Shown: positions 12,772-25,964, numbered from the stretch's first letter. The stretch: 64,000 nucleotides of DNA from Glaucostegus cemiculus (GCA_976551045.1 CDPCPM010000125.1:124001-188000); one strand, 5' to 3'. Notes: generated by a model not told the origin, from the letters alone. Program-made: numbers and translations.

Positions 12772-13637
12772 ATACGTTTTGGAAGCTGCGACAAGTGAAA
12801 ACTTCAGAATCTTTATTTGCCCCACAAACCAGCGATATATCAATCAACGTCTCTTCTGGATACAGTGAGCACGGCATCCTCCACCGAGTGAACAGGCTAC
12901 CTTGCAGGAATCGGGCTTCACTGACTGCATATCAGTGGCTAAGTTGATCGAATTCACTCCAGGACGAATAAGGTCCCATCCCACTCGTCTCCGTCGCCCT
13001 CATCTTTCAATCAGTCAGCTTCAGTCGCGATCCACTACATAGTCGCTAAATAACAAGAGTCAATCAAAGGCGATTGCATCTTGGAAAGAAACAGGAGCAC
13101 AGATTGAAAGACTTGAGGGCTAACAATTTGAATGTGAAGATTGTGTCAAGGCGGAGAAGATATTACAGTCATGACTAATCTATACTTGGGGGCGTGTGAT
13201 AAACAGCCACGGTGAACTCAAATCACCAATCAACAGAAATCTGTATGTAGCTTGAAAGGAATGCATGTCCTTCTTTCGTTTCTGTCAGCAAAATATGACG
13301 CGAAGAATAAAGAAAGAATAAAATGTTCTGTGGCGCAGGAGGTTGCATTCGATTGGAGAAAAGGTAAAATCTCTGGCTGGAATGTAAAGAGTAGATCTTT
13401 GAGGAAAGCAAGTCACTGTCGATATTAGGATTTGACAAGAGAATGTTCCCTGACTGTATTTTTTTTCTGAAAGACAGAATGATTTCATGGCAGGATGCTT
13501 TGCACTTGGGCTGTTGTTCTCGCACGGCCACTATCTTTCCCGAGGAACTGCTGGGAGGTGGATAGAAAGCCTTTTCTGTGTTTGGCGGGATATACATGAA
13601 AGCCATTCTTGGTCTGCATGCATTGTATTTGACATGT

Positions 13638-13709
13638 TCCCTGGTGGTCTAGTGGTTAGGATTCGGCGCTCTCACCGCCGCGGCCCGGGTTCGATTCCCG
13701 GCCAGGGAA
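13638..13709 (+). tRNA. trnE: tRNA-Glu(CTC), intact
   Basis: Perfect consensus, TTTT terminator. Confidence 0.95.
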
Positions 13710-14480
13710 GTGTGTTTTGGCAACTGGAACCAGTCAGAGTCTGCGGAGCAAGCTGTCACTGGACCAACATCTGATTTGCTGACACAGGGCTGCTGCCGGC
13801 GGAATGATCAAGGAATCTTTCTCTTCAATGTGAAGCTCCTGAGCAGGGTGGCGAATATTAGAAGGCACAACTCGTGTTGATTTTTGTCCAAATAAAAACT
13901 CGCAGCGATCTCAGCTCTGAATGAAGTGTGATGCCAACGATCAGTCGCAAGCGTCGAGGTGCCACTGGAAGTACGGCTGTTCAGTCGGAACAATTTGACT
14001 GAGTTGATTTGTCTGCGAATCTGCAGGCTGCTTCCGACTCCTGAGCCGAGATCTTGTAAAAGAAGACTTTTCACGGTAAATCAGGCTGTGCCCTGAGAAT
14101 TTCTTCGGAATCTATTGGACAAAGCCACGCAATCCTAAGGGACCAAAGGGCAAAGGTGTCCTGTGCACGCAGTAGCAGTTAATATAACGCCCGCTCATGC
14201 TATGTCGGGAACGGCTCGACGGTACTTGCATGCATGCCAGCCTGGGGCCCTGCTTGCTTTGTGCCACTTGAACTCGGGGCAGTTAAAGACTTTCAGCTGA
14301 TAGCGTCGACATCTGGTGAATGTTCATTGAATAAACATACTCCGAACTCGTCAGTTTAAGACAACAAATAAATCTCCTAAATTTAATTTTCGGAAGAAGA
14401 TGGAAGTAGAGAGAGAAGAAAGATTTTTGATTGACGGAAGGTCACGTAATCGGAGCCGGCTATTTGAAATACAACAGGAG

Positions 14481-16020
14481 GCCTTGCCTAATTTTAGATT
14501 ATATTATTGGGCAATCAACGTCAGATATTTAATTTTTTGGACACAAGACTTAAAGGTTATTCAGTGCCCTAAATGGGTACACCTTGAGTGTCAATCAACA
14601 CTTGAATTTTCATTATTCTCTATTTTAGTAGCTTCACTCCCTTTTGCACTTACCAAATTAGGTAAAATATGACTAACCCAATCATTAAACATACATTACG
14701 AAGATGGTTTCAATTACGTAATTTTTTTGGATTGACTAAATTTGTTTTGTCAAGTCCTATACAATCTAATTTTTTTTCAACCATCTATACTAGATACAGC
14801 TTTTTCCTTATGGAAAAAAGAAGGGAATAGTATGCTTTCGAGATCTATTCATTGGTAACTGTTTTGAATCTTTTGAACAGTTGTCTAATAAATATAATTT
14901 ACCTAGATCACATTTTGTTCGATATTTGCAGATTAGAAATTTTTTAAAAGCTACTATACCCTCCTTTTCTTTTCTTCATAAAGACGAAATCATTGATAAA
15001 CGTTTAGGTTTTAATCCCCATCAGGAGGGCTTGACAGCAATAATTTATGATTTAATTATGAAAATACGGTCAGACTCACTGGACAAAATTTAAAAAAAAA
15101 TGATTGTGAAAGTGAACTCCAGATATCTATATCTATAGAGACTTGGAAGAAAATTCTTCATTTTGTTAATACATCCTCAATGTGTGCCAGACATTCATTG
15201 ATACAGTTTAAAGTTGTGCATGGGGCCTATATGTCCAAAGATAAGCTAGCTCGTTTTTATGACCGTATAAACCGTATATGTGACAGATGCAATTTGAATG
15301 TGGCTTCTTTGACACATATGTTTTGGTCCTGGAAAAATATTGGAAAGACATTTTTAATATTATTTCAGATGTATTGAAGATCAATTTACAACCTCACCCT
15401 ATTACTGCAATTTTTGGATTACCATGGACAAAGTCTGGCCATTTACCTGCTTTTGCTAATCGTATGATTGCTTTTGTTACATTGTTGGCCAAACGAGCCA
15501 TTCTGCTTAAATGGAAGGATGCAATCCCCCCCCCCCCCACTAACTTTCAATGGTTCTCTCAAACTATATCATGTCTTAATTTGGAAAACAAATTAGGAGT
15601 GGTACTGTTGATTATTTTCTTAAATTTGAAGATATTTGGAGTCCATTTATTCAATACTTTCACGATGTAGTTTCCCCTTCTGTAACTTTTTTTTTATTTT
15701 AGAGAAACGGAACTTACGACACGATATTGCTCTATTTCTATTGAAAATTTTAGCCCAGTTTTTTTCTTGTTTTGTTTTTTTTTAATCGTTTTCGGTTTAA
15801 ATTACCTCATATTATTATGTTTTTTATTGATGGGGGGGGGGTCATTTGGTTTTTTTTCTAATTATATAACAAATCTTTTTCTTTTCTATCTTTTACATTA
15901 CACTTAAGAACCAAGAGATCGTTGGAACTATTTCTTTTATATGTATCATACTTTATTGTTGTTTTATGATTACCTACGATTGTTACTTGATATTTCTATA
16001 GTACATGTGTAAACATTGTA
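14481..16020 (+). mobile_element. Truncated L1-clade LINE (ORF2 C-terminus plus T-rich 3' UTR) inserted in the spacer
   Basis: ALPNFRLYYWA, FVRYLQIRNF, CARHSLIQFKVVH and C..C......H zinc-knuckle remnants; AT-rich; 36-bp direct repeats at 14445-14480 and 16021-16056. Confidence 0.88.
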
Positions 16021-16463
16021 CGTATTCGGAGCCGGCTATTTGAAATACAGCAGGAGAAATGGGCTGGCCGTAACGTGAAAGAAATGCACTGAGTTCGTTC
16101 CACAGAGCCTGTACAGAATGTATCCCTACAATGAGAAATGCAGGGAAACGTGCTCCTGGTCTTGAACGTAAAAATGTCGGAAGGGGAAGATTTTCTCAGT
16201 TGATGTCAATGGCAGTTGGTTGAGGCAATCCGAGCGACTGGATGATACCGAAGAACTAGCATTGCCCCTTGTGTACGTTGAGACTGGAGGCAGCTTCGCT
16301 TGCAGATGAGTGAAAAGTTGAGATCAGTTTCCTTTTGGTCTTTGTGATTTTGGCTGCCTACACGTTTGCTGGGACGTGATGAGAAAGTTATTTTGAATGC
16401 TTGTATTCTGATGTTGAGCTAGGCAAGCAGAACCTTGGTGAGCTGTGTTGATTTCAGTCAGAT

Positions 16464-16535
16464 TCTCTAGTGGTCTAGTGGTTAGGATTCGGTGCTTTCA
16501 CCGCCGCGGCCCGGGTTCGATTCCAGGTAAGGGAA
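16464..16535 (+). pseudogene. trnE: tRNA-Glu(TTC), degenerate
   Basis: Acceptor-stem (tctctag/taaggga) and T-stem mismatches. Confidence 0.75.
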
Positions 16536-16765
16536 GTAAGTTTGGGAGCTGCGACAAGTCATAACTTTCAGAATCTTCATCTGCACCAAAAACCATTGAT
16601 ATATCAATCATCGTCTCTTCTGGATACAGTGAGCACGGCATCCTCCACAGAATGAGAAGGCCATCCTGCAGGAATCGGCTTCCCTCACTGTAAATCAGTG
16701 GCTGAATTGTTAGAATTTACCCCAAGAAAGCCATTCTTGGTCTGCGTGCGTTTTATTTGTCCGGT

Positions 16766-16811
16766 TCCCTGGTGTTCTAGTGGGTAGGATTCGGCGCTCT
16801 CACGGCCGCGG
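16766..16811 (+). pseudogene. trnE: tRNA-Glu(CTC) 5' fragment (nt 1-46) at the cassette 2 junction
   Basis: ...ctctcacggccgcgg followed by agaaagatagataat. Confidence 0.85.
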
Positions 16812-18277
16812 AGAAAGATAGATAATATTTTCTGATTTAATGTAGATCCTCTCATAGATTTTCAGATGGCATTGGGATCTTGATTGGTCTGACATCGACA
16901 TACGTTGTTACTAATATAGAAAACCGAACAAAACCACAGAAACAGCACAGCTGAAGGTCAGTCTAGAGCTCGGCCCACTCCGCTCTTCAATAAGATGACG
17001 TCCGATGCTGCCGTGGCCTCAGGACCTCATGTTATCTCATTCCACGTGCCACTTGCCGCACGTGACGTCAACGTCCAGCAGTCTCCACCCTGAGTTTATC
17101 CAGTGTTTTACCTCCACAGATCTCAGGAGTAGAGAAATGCAAGGTGTCACAACACTCTGAAAGAAATCCCCCTTCATCCGTGTCTTCATTAGGTGATGTG
17201 TTGTATTAGAAGCAAGCCCTCTAGTTCAGGGTACTCACCGGAGGAGACCTTCTCTCAGAATCAATCCCTCACAGAAACTTTATTATTTGCAGAACATTTT
17301 TCTCTCAATCTCTGAAGTTGCAGTCAATTTTGTCCGAAAATGTTCGCCCTTTCACTCCGTGCCAACCTCTTCATGTGCGAATCATCACGGTGAACCTCGG
17401 CACTGCTCCAGCACAGGAAAACCGCGCCTCATGTATGGGCGACTGAGGTAAATCTACCCCACTCTCGATGTTCTCTCTTTTTTACTACCACCCCCCCCCC
17501 ATATCACTTGTTAAGGGAACATGAAAACGTAAGAACATGGAGCAGCAGTGGGCCGCAAGGTCGATTAAGGCTGCTCCGTACTGAATATCATCGTTACTCC
17601 CAATGGGAACCCGCCTCATGAAATATCCTTGCACGGAGATCAATCCCTGAACCAGGGAGGGATTGAAAAGTATTACACGAAATCAACAACAGTGACAGCC
17701 AGTTCGAGAGTGGTGACCTTATCCAGCGCTGGCGACACAAATTCTCATCCCTGAACAAACGCTCGGTTGTTGGGTTTAGTTTCTTTCATTTGAACGTGTA
17801 GTTCTCTTCACTGATCCACACGTTGCACAGAACGGCAGGAAATTTCACCAACACACATTCCGAACGGGAGGTTCTCTTGTAGAAGTTCGCCTGCAATATT
17901 TATTCGCTGTTGAGTCAGTCTGACACTGCGAACAGCCGCTGTGTGTCGAGTGGTAAATGCCGAGGGCGTCTCCCACTCTCAGCTCCGTTTCTCCGGAGAT
18001 CGAGAAATTCCACTCTCTTTCCGAGGGCTTTGTTTCTCTACTGTTTCACCACACGTAACAGCTACTCAATGAAAGCTGGACAGAAAAGTGTTAATGGCAT
18101 TTGTTTGTTCAGTGTGTGTGACTAGTCAGTGACACCAATTCCATCCGGAGAGGTTTGCTCTGCTGTTAATAGCGGTGTCTGTCCAACGTGTCCTCCCAGC
18201 GCGTCAGCGAGAGCTTCCCCACTTCAACCCGGAAAATCATCAAGCTCCAAACACGGGGAATTGTTATCGATGAAACT

Positions 18278-18356
18278 ATGTCGCTTGATTTCTCTTCTTT
18301 CTGTGATTATTTTGTCAAAGTATACTTCCCCGTGCTCGCTTCCATCGCTGTTCCAG
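18278..18356 (+). CDS. Exon 1 of GPR139/GPR142-like GPCR copy 2 (MSLDFSSFCDYFVKVYFPVLASIAVP)
   Basis: ATG at 18278, donor CAG/GTATG at 18356/18357, phase 1. Confidence 0.75.
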
Positions 18357-18718
18357 GTATGCACCTGTAATTAGAGTATTAAATCTGCAGAAAACAACTT
18401 GTTCTGCCAGCGTTCATTCAACTCGTTCTCAGTTGAAATGGATACGAGAGCCACGATCCGCACTCGGCTTTGCGGAGTTTTAACTTTTAGTTTTATGACT
18501 GCAGACGTTTCAATTAGTTCTAAGTTCAGTACGTTCAGGCCCTCGGTTTCCTGCACCTCATTAATTTCCGTTAAGGTGAAGATGAAGATAATCGGTTGCT
18601 TCTTTAAAGCAACTGGGAACGAAAACTCCGCTCAGAACGGGAAAAGGTCCCAGTCTGGCTACTGCATCATCGGACGTCTGTGAGAGCGTCTCGCCGGTAC
18701 CTGGAGGAATCGGCAGGA

Positions 18719-18969
18719 NNNNNNNNNNNNNNNNNNNNNNNNNNNNNNNNNNNNNNNNNNNNNNNNNNNNNNNNNNNNNNNNNNNNNNNNNNNNNNNNNN
18801 NNNNNNNNNNNNNNNNNNNNNNNNNNNNNNNNNNNNNNNNNNNNNNNNNNNNNNNNNNNNNNNNNNNNNNNNNNNNNNNNNNNNNNNNNNNNNNNNNNNN
18901 NNNNNNNNNNNNNNNNNNNNNNNNNNNNNNNNNNNNNNNNNNNNNNNNNNNNNNNNNNNNNNNNNNNNN
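18719..18969. other. Assembly gap (251 N)
   Basis: N run at the position of the paralogous (TC)n(AC)n tract. Confidence 0.98.
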
Positions 18970-20539
18970 AGATGTAAACAGACGCAGACACCGAATGTGT
19001 TTTGGTTCATTTCATTCAGAGTCGGTGCACCCAGCTGTCACAAACACCTCCTGTTTTTTTGCGGGACGTTACATTCACTTACCTCGATGTGGATATTGTG
19101 GAGTCGTTATTCTGCTCTGAACTGAATGAATTCCAACTCTAAAGTCTCGCCCCTTCCCTCACACCACCTTTCTATTTTTTTTTATTGTGAACGGAATTGT
19201 TTGCTTTTCCGAAGTAAAAGGGAACCAACAATTCCGATTCCGCTCGACGCAAGGAGACATCCGACAGTGAGGCACTCGTTTGTTTCTGTGGAACTCAGTA
19301 AAATGTCAAAGTATTTCACTCAGTCTCCTGGTCCGACCGCACGGATCACGTTCCTCCACTCGGAGTGAGGATGAATATTTCTCCCGATTCTCTCACATTA
19401 TAAACACGGATATTGCAGTCTGTCAGTGAGCATGTCACTGCAGTGTTCGTTCTGAGTGTTCTTTACAGATCGTTGGCAGAAATCATCTCTATCAGCCTAA
19501 AATTATCCATGTCCCGTTCGTCTCTCCACTGTGAATTTGACCGTGTGACTCTAGCGTGTGTGTGAGGAATCCCGGGGGTTTCCAGGGTACACTGTTCCCG
19601 GGTTCTAACAGACCCTGAGTGACGGTAATGTTACAAAAGATCTGGTTGTTGCAGTGATACCGTTGGGATAACTCCGATGTTAAGAGCTCGACTGTGATTT
19701 ACATTGGAAAATTAGAACACAATTTTAAACATATTCTGCAATTGAAGGTCCCGCCGCTGGACGACCGTTTCCCATCGGAGAACCAAAGACAAATACCCCG
19801 ATACCAACAAACAAATTGTTGGGAACACGCATCAGGTCAAGAAGCGTCACTGGAAAATTAATCGGCGTTAACATTTCAGGGCGAAAGTGTGAACGCTGGT
19901 TCTCTTTCTACTGAAGCGACCTCGACTGCTTAACGTTTGCGGCATTTGTGTTTTAGCCTGATCGTGCGTTCTTTAGGTCCATATTTTGAGGGGATTTTGA
20001 GAGAAATGAACATGTTATGAGGGGTCACGGACAAGAAGCAGAAACGTTATCTCATTCCCCGGACTCACGCAGGGTCACCTGGTGATGAGCAGAAGCAGCA
20101 ACCTCAGCTGATGTCCCCACACTGACCCAGGGACATGTGCACTGATGAGAATCGGCCAATCTGCCACAATCACTGACTTTATCTGGGGACACCGAGGTGT
20201 CTTCTGTTGCCCGCAGTGAACTCTTGACTCTCTATCTCCGTGTTACTTATTGTAATTTATGGTTCTAGGAAGTGAAAGATGAACAAGCGGCGGATTGGAC
20301 ATCAGTCGGTCCCGCTTGAACGTCTCTTTCTCAGCTGCAGTTTCATCTCCAACATTAAATACCATTCACTGATTTCATGTTTGATCAGTGACCCCGTGTC
20401 CAAAGGATAACCCGCCAATAATTTAACTATTTCTCTGTGTCTCTGGCCGAGGAACACAGGCGAACATGAAAGGTATTACTCAAACGAGTAACTGCGTTTC
20501 ATGTTGTTATACAAATTTAGTATGTATTTCTCTTCACAG

Positions 20540-21363
20540 TCAATGCCGTGACTATCGTGATCCTGTCGCGGGGGAAGTGCGGTCTCTCCAAGTGCGTCAC
20601 TCGCTACCTGGTGGCCATGGCAGTGACGGACCTGCTGGTCACTGTCCTCGACCTGATACTGCGGCACATCCCAACTGCTTACTGGCAACAGTTTTCATTC
20701 CTGTTTTACAGTCGCCGGTGTCAGACCCACGCCTTCCTGCTGAATGTATCCACGGACTGTTCTGTCTGGTTCACCATCGCATTCACCTTTGATCGGTTTG
20801 TGGCCATTTGTTGCCAGAAGCTGAAAACAAAATATTGCACCGAGAGAACGGCGGTCGTGATTCTGGGGACGGTGACTGTGCTGATCAGTTTCAAGGACAT
20901 CACCTGGTATTTTTTGCTCACGGATAAATATAGTTTAGTTCACAACCCAAGGATCTGTTATATCTCGGCCAATAATTTGTATTCAGAGGTCTGGGGAATG
21001 ATTGAGCTCCTCCACTATTTCCTCACCCCTGTGGTCCCATATGTCCTGGTTCTGCTGCTCAATGTTTTAACCATCAGACACATTTCAGTGGCGAGCAGAG
21101 CCCGCAGGAGACTGCGGGGAAACTGCAGCGGGGAGGGTGTCAGAGACCCCGTGATGCAGAAGCGCTGGAAATTCATGATTTTACTGCTACTTATCTCGGC
21201 TAATTTCATCCTCTTACGGCTGATGCACATCGTGTACAATCTATGGTGGCAATTGTATTGGTTTTGGTTCTATGTGAGTCCGCCTTACTGGTTACAACAA
21301 ACGGGATTCTGGTTCCAGCTGCTGAGTTGTTGCACGAACACTCTGATTTATGCCGTGACGTAG
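20540..21363 (+). CDS. Exon 2 of GPR139/GPR142-like class A GPCR copy 2; spliced ORF 300 aa, premature TAG after TM7 (possible pseudogene)
   Basis: Acceptor tttctcttcacAG; IVILSRGKCGLSKCVTRYLVAMAVTDL, FDRFVAICC, LSCCTNTLIYAVT*; copy 1 has CAG at this codon; ancestral stop at 21436-21438. Confidence 0.82.
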
Positions 21364-22620
21364 AATACGTTCCGGCAGCAGCTGAAGTTTGTGCTGAGAT
21401 GTCCCCGAACTCTCCTTGTAAAATGCATCGGAAGGTAACGGAACCGGATTAAACGGCAGCAGCAGAACTCGTCCACGTCTCGTATTCTCACTGTCGCTGC
21501 GCCGCATTCTGCGCTGCCCGCTCCGCCACGGGCTCATAATGTAGATTCACACTCACACGGTGCGAACCATCTGAGCAGTCAACATTATCCTCTGACACGG
21601 TCCACAGTCTTCGGGGTGTGTTCACTGAAGAAATGCGTTCTCCCGATTTTGAGCAGTCGCTGCCCCGTGACTTTCTTTCTATCTGCCTCTCTCTCTCCCT
21701 CTCCTCACTCTCCCTCTCTGTCCCTCTCTCTCACTCTCTCCCTCTCCCCCTCTCTTTTTCCCTCTTCCTCCCTCTCCCTCTTTGTCTGTCCCTCGCTCTC
21801 TCTCTCTCTCTCTATCTCCTCCGGTCTCTCTTTATGTTCTGAGCTTCCTACTGTTTCCGTGCTGTCCCCCTGGCCTCAATCCCCTCACCACCTCCCCGTC
21901 CTTCCCCCTCACACTCTCATCCCCTCCCCTCTCGTGTAATTATTGTCTTGTAACTGTTGTATACAATTAGTGTATTTTATATTTTCCTTGTGAATGCTGA
22001 TGTTAAGTGCCTGTGATGGTTTTTCATTGCACCTGTGTATTAGTGTACTGTGTGCATGACAATAAAATCGACTTTGACTTTCGCCTTTCACTCTCACTTT
22101 CTCGTTGTTTCCCAAGAACTACGCACACTGACACCGCTCCCATCACACACAAAGTGCAGACATACACAAGTACAAACTTTTGCGAGTAAAATAACTCATA
22201 TAAAAACAGAGACACCGGAACTCCCTGACACTTTCACCCAGACAGCGGCGCACACAAACACCCCAGCACCACACGCAAGCGCAGACGGACATCGACGGAA
22301 ACGAAAATAAACAACGAAAGACACATTCATACATCTGCTTTCCAATGTCCATTTTTAGCACTGATGTTGACGTGTTTCAGCCTCTCATCTTCCACCGTTT
22401 CCCTCTCTTAGACAATATTCTGCCTCCCTCCCCGCTCACGGTGTTGCGCATCGTTCAGTGGCTCCCACTGAGCAGCAACACTGTCCGCAACGGAGCCCAA
22501 CAACGGAGAGCGGGAAACAGGGAGAGAGGGAGAGAGGGAGAGAGAGAAAAATGAAGAAGGGGAGAGAGAAAGTCGGGATGGGGCCTCTGAACGGTCCACC
22601 TTTGGCCCTTTCAAATCCTG

Positions 22621-22774
22621 NNNNNNNNNNNNNNNNNNNNNNNNNNNNNNNNNNNNNNNNNNNNNNNNNNNNNNNNNNNNNNNNNNNNNNNNNNNNNNNN
22701 NNNNNNNNNNNNNNNNNNNNNNNNNNNNNNNNNNNNNNNNNNNNNNNNNNNNNNNNNNNNNNNNNNNNNNNNNN
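22621..22774. other. Assembly gap (154 N)
   Basis: N run at the position of the paralogous (CA)n tract. Confidence 0.98.
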
Positions 22775-23009
22775 CAGATGGCAAGGGAACATTTTGTCTT
22801 GCAGTCCCAGCGACTCCGATACAACTAAACCCTCTGGTGCTGTTTGTCTGAAGTTCGCCCTTCCTCTGCGTAACCTCGACTATTTTCCCAGGTGCTCCAT
22901 TCTTTTCCACATCCCAATGACGTGCTGACTGTGCGAAATTTAGCCAGCATTTGTTGCCGCTTGTGATTGGACGAGAGCTAGAATGTGCGAGATCTTGATG
23001 GGAATGCGG

Positions 23010-25760
23010 CTGGTGCACGATTAAAGCAGGTGGCATCCATGGAGACCTAGTCGATTGGATTTGAAATCGGCTTGACAATGTGAATCCACGAGTAATGTTG
23101 GAGTAGTGCTGTTCTGACTGGTCTGTGACTAGTGGCGTTCCACAGGGATCAGTGCTGGAACGACTGTCGCTGATTTATAAATAACTGGGACAAAGTAGAA
23201 GTAGGCTGGTTAGTAAATTGGCAGACAATACGGAATTTGGCTGGGAGGTGTACAGGGAGGAAGGATGTCAAAATGTAAAGCATTTGGAAATATGAGCAGA
23301 GAAATCGCATATGGAATTTATTCCGGAGCAATACGAGACGTTGCACGCTGGGACCTGAAATATTGCTGGAAAGTATGCAGTCAATTATATATATCATTGG
23401 GAATATTATCGTTGAGAAGCATCTTGGGGTGTAATTGTATAGGTCGCCGGAAGTGTTAGCACCAGCAGTTTGGGTGGTAATGAAGCTGTCCGGGCTACTT
23501 GCCTTACAGGTCAGAGGCATTGAGTATAAACATTTGGAAGTCATGCGGCAAGTGGAAATAATATTGGTTGGGCCACAACTGGAACATTGTGCGAAATTAT
23601 GCTCTCCGATTACAGGAAAGACGTGGAGGCTTTGGGAAGGGTGCAAACAGGTTTACTGGGATGCAGCCTGGATTCGATAACATTAGCTATTAGTGGAGGT
23701 TGGACAATCTTGGAATGTTCTCTCTGGAGCGACGGAGGACGACCAGCCATGTGAATGAAGAAAATTGAATTCTCGGATGCACAGACAGTGGAGATATGTA
23801 GGGTCTCTGACCAGGGTGGGATGTTGAGTTGCCAGTCCTGCTCTTCTATCAGCCACGTCCCACCGACAGCAGCAACACCACATTCCCATGCGCTGATCAA
23901 CGCTCTCAAGTTTATCTGCCTCAACAGTCAGACCCCTTGCACTTAACCCAGCTGCAGTTCAGCCATTCCATCCTTCCACACGCCTTGTCACACTGACGTC
24001 TGCTCTGCCTACTCGAACGACTTAGTGTTTCTATGGATGACTGACCCTCACTCCAACTGTACACCTACTCTGTGTCCCACCCGCTACCAAATTAAGTTCT
24101 AACCTCCCTAACAGCAGGAGCGACGTCACCCACCGCCCCAGCAGGAATATTGGACCAGTTTAACGGCAACCATTCCTGCTGGTAGAGATTCCACCTACTC
24201 CAGAAAGTTTCCTAATGATCTAAAGCTCCTCAAAGCCCGCCAACTACCTAAAGCTCTCCCATCCCATCAGACACACAGTTCTGCTGACCTGTCTGTCCTT
24301 TCCTATGGTTGCCAGCGTTTGGCTCTGGCAGTAATCCAGAGAGGACAACCTCAGAGGTCCCCTCTTTAATCTGCTTCCTAATTCCATATGTTCACGGTGC
24401 CGGACCAATAACAAGAAGGCGTGGTTTGAAGGTGAGTGGTAGGAGATACAAGTGGGATTTGAGGGATATTTTCTTTACACAGGGAATGTTTTATATCTGG
24501 AACGCTCTGCCAGAGGAGGTGGTGGAATCAGATAAATCACTACATTTAAGAGACATTGAGACCAACGACTGAAGAGCAAGACAGTGAGGGAAAAGGAGCG
24601 AATGTGGGCGTGGGGTAATGTAGATGAGAGAAAATGTCGGTCCGGAGGCGGTGGACCAATGGGCCCGTTTCTGTGTTGTACAGCTCTATAACTCAATGAC
24701 TCTATGACCTCAACCCTTTTTCTGCCCGTGGTGCGAGTACCGAGCTGTATCACGGCCACTGACTGTTCACACTCCCCATTCAGCTGCTCTGAGACATCAC
24801 TTCCTGGCACCAGGAAGGTAACGTCCTGTTCGAGTCTCGTTCGTAGCTGCAGAAACAACTCGCCGCTTTCCCTACGTGACACCCTGTAACCCCTTACCAA
24901 GCAGCCCCATGCGCAGCACAGCCAATCGAGTTGTTACAAACTTGAATATTGTTGCTTTCCGCCAGGAGGCCAATTACCTGCTCTCCTGGCAGTATCTAAC
25001 ACGTTATAACTGTTTAAGAGTTGAGTGGTTACAGAGAACTCCCGTACTACCTGCCCACACATACCATGCCTCCTGTGTGCATAAATCATTTAAAGTGAGC
25101 GGGCGGGTTGAGAAAGCAGATAATACGGTACGGAAGATCCTGCATTTTATCATCAAAGTCCCAGGCTATGAATAAACAAGGAGACGTTATGCTGAATCCT
25201 TACAAAGCACTGAGCCTGCTTTACCTGGAGTATTGTGTTCGATTCTGGGAAGGGTGTGAGGGCGTTCGAGAGCGCCCAGCAAAGATTTACAAGTATGGCT
25301 TCTCGGGTGAGAGGCTGCTGTTAGAAGGGCAGATTAAAGGCTGCAACTGTCTTCTGTAAAGAAGAGAGGAAAGAGGGGGGATCTGACCGAAGAACATGAG
25401 ATAATGAGGCGTCTGGACAGATTGGCGAGCGGGCAGCAGTGCCCTCTGGCGGCCGTGTCGAGGATGGACTGTCACAGGAATGAAAGGAAGAGGAAATAAC
25501 TGAAGAGTGACATGAAGAGAGATCGAGTGGTTGGAATCTGTAAGGCGCTACCTGCAGATGTGTTGGAGGCAGGTTACACTGTGACCTTCAGAATGGAATT
25601 GGATGACTATGTAGTGGGAAATATTAGGAGAAAGTGCCAGTGGGTGGAAGGAAGTTTTTCCGGCAGAGAGCCGGCATGGACATGTTAAAGCCGGAGAGAC
25701 ATCGAGTTACTCAGCACTGGCACAGGATCTTCGGCCCCAATCACCCACGGACCTAACGTA
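23010..25760. mobile_element. Cluster of decayed CR1 fragments (paralogous to 6900-9620)
   Basis: LVGPQLEHCAK, RYKWDLRDIFFTQGMFYIWNALPEEVVE, LNPYKALSLLYLEYCVRFW; ORF1-like piece on the minus strand. Confidence 0.72.
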
Positions 25761-25964
25761 CTCCTTTGTGCTCTAACTTCTGTGTGATTTGGTATGCCCT
25801 CTCTCTCTCCCACACGTAGAAGCAGACCGTGGGTCTTTTTTTTAGAAGTATGCTCTTTGTGATAATTATCAACAAAATAATCAACTCCCCGGAAACTGAC
25901 TTTTCAGATATTTTACGTCTGTCTGTTCTGTCCACAGAAACTGCCCATGCCCCCATTATATTAT

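Noticed and set aside
12681-12947. Recurrent ORFs containing FPGGLVVRIRRSHRRGPGSIPG
   Set aside because: This is the translated tRNA-Glu sequence, not a protein
21361-21363. Programmed read-through or recoding of the TAG
   Set aside because: Simple CAG>TAG transition with no read-through context (TAG AAT) and no suppressor-anticodon tRNA in the window
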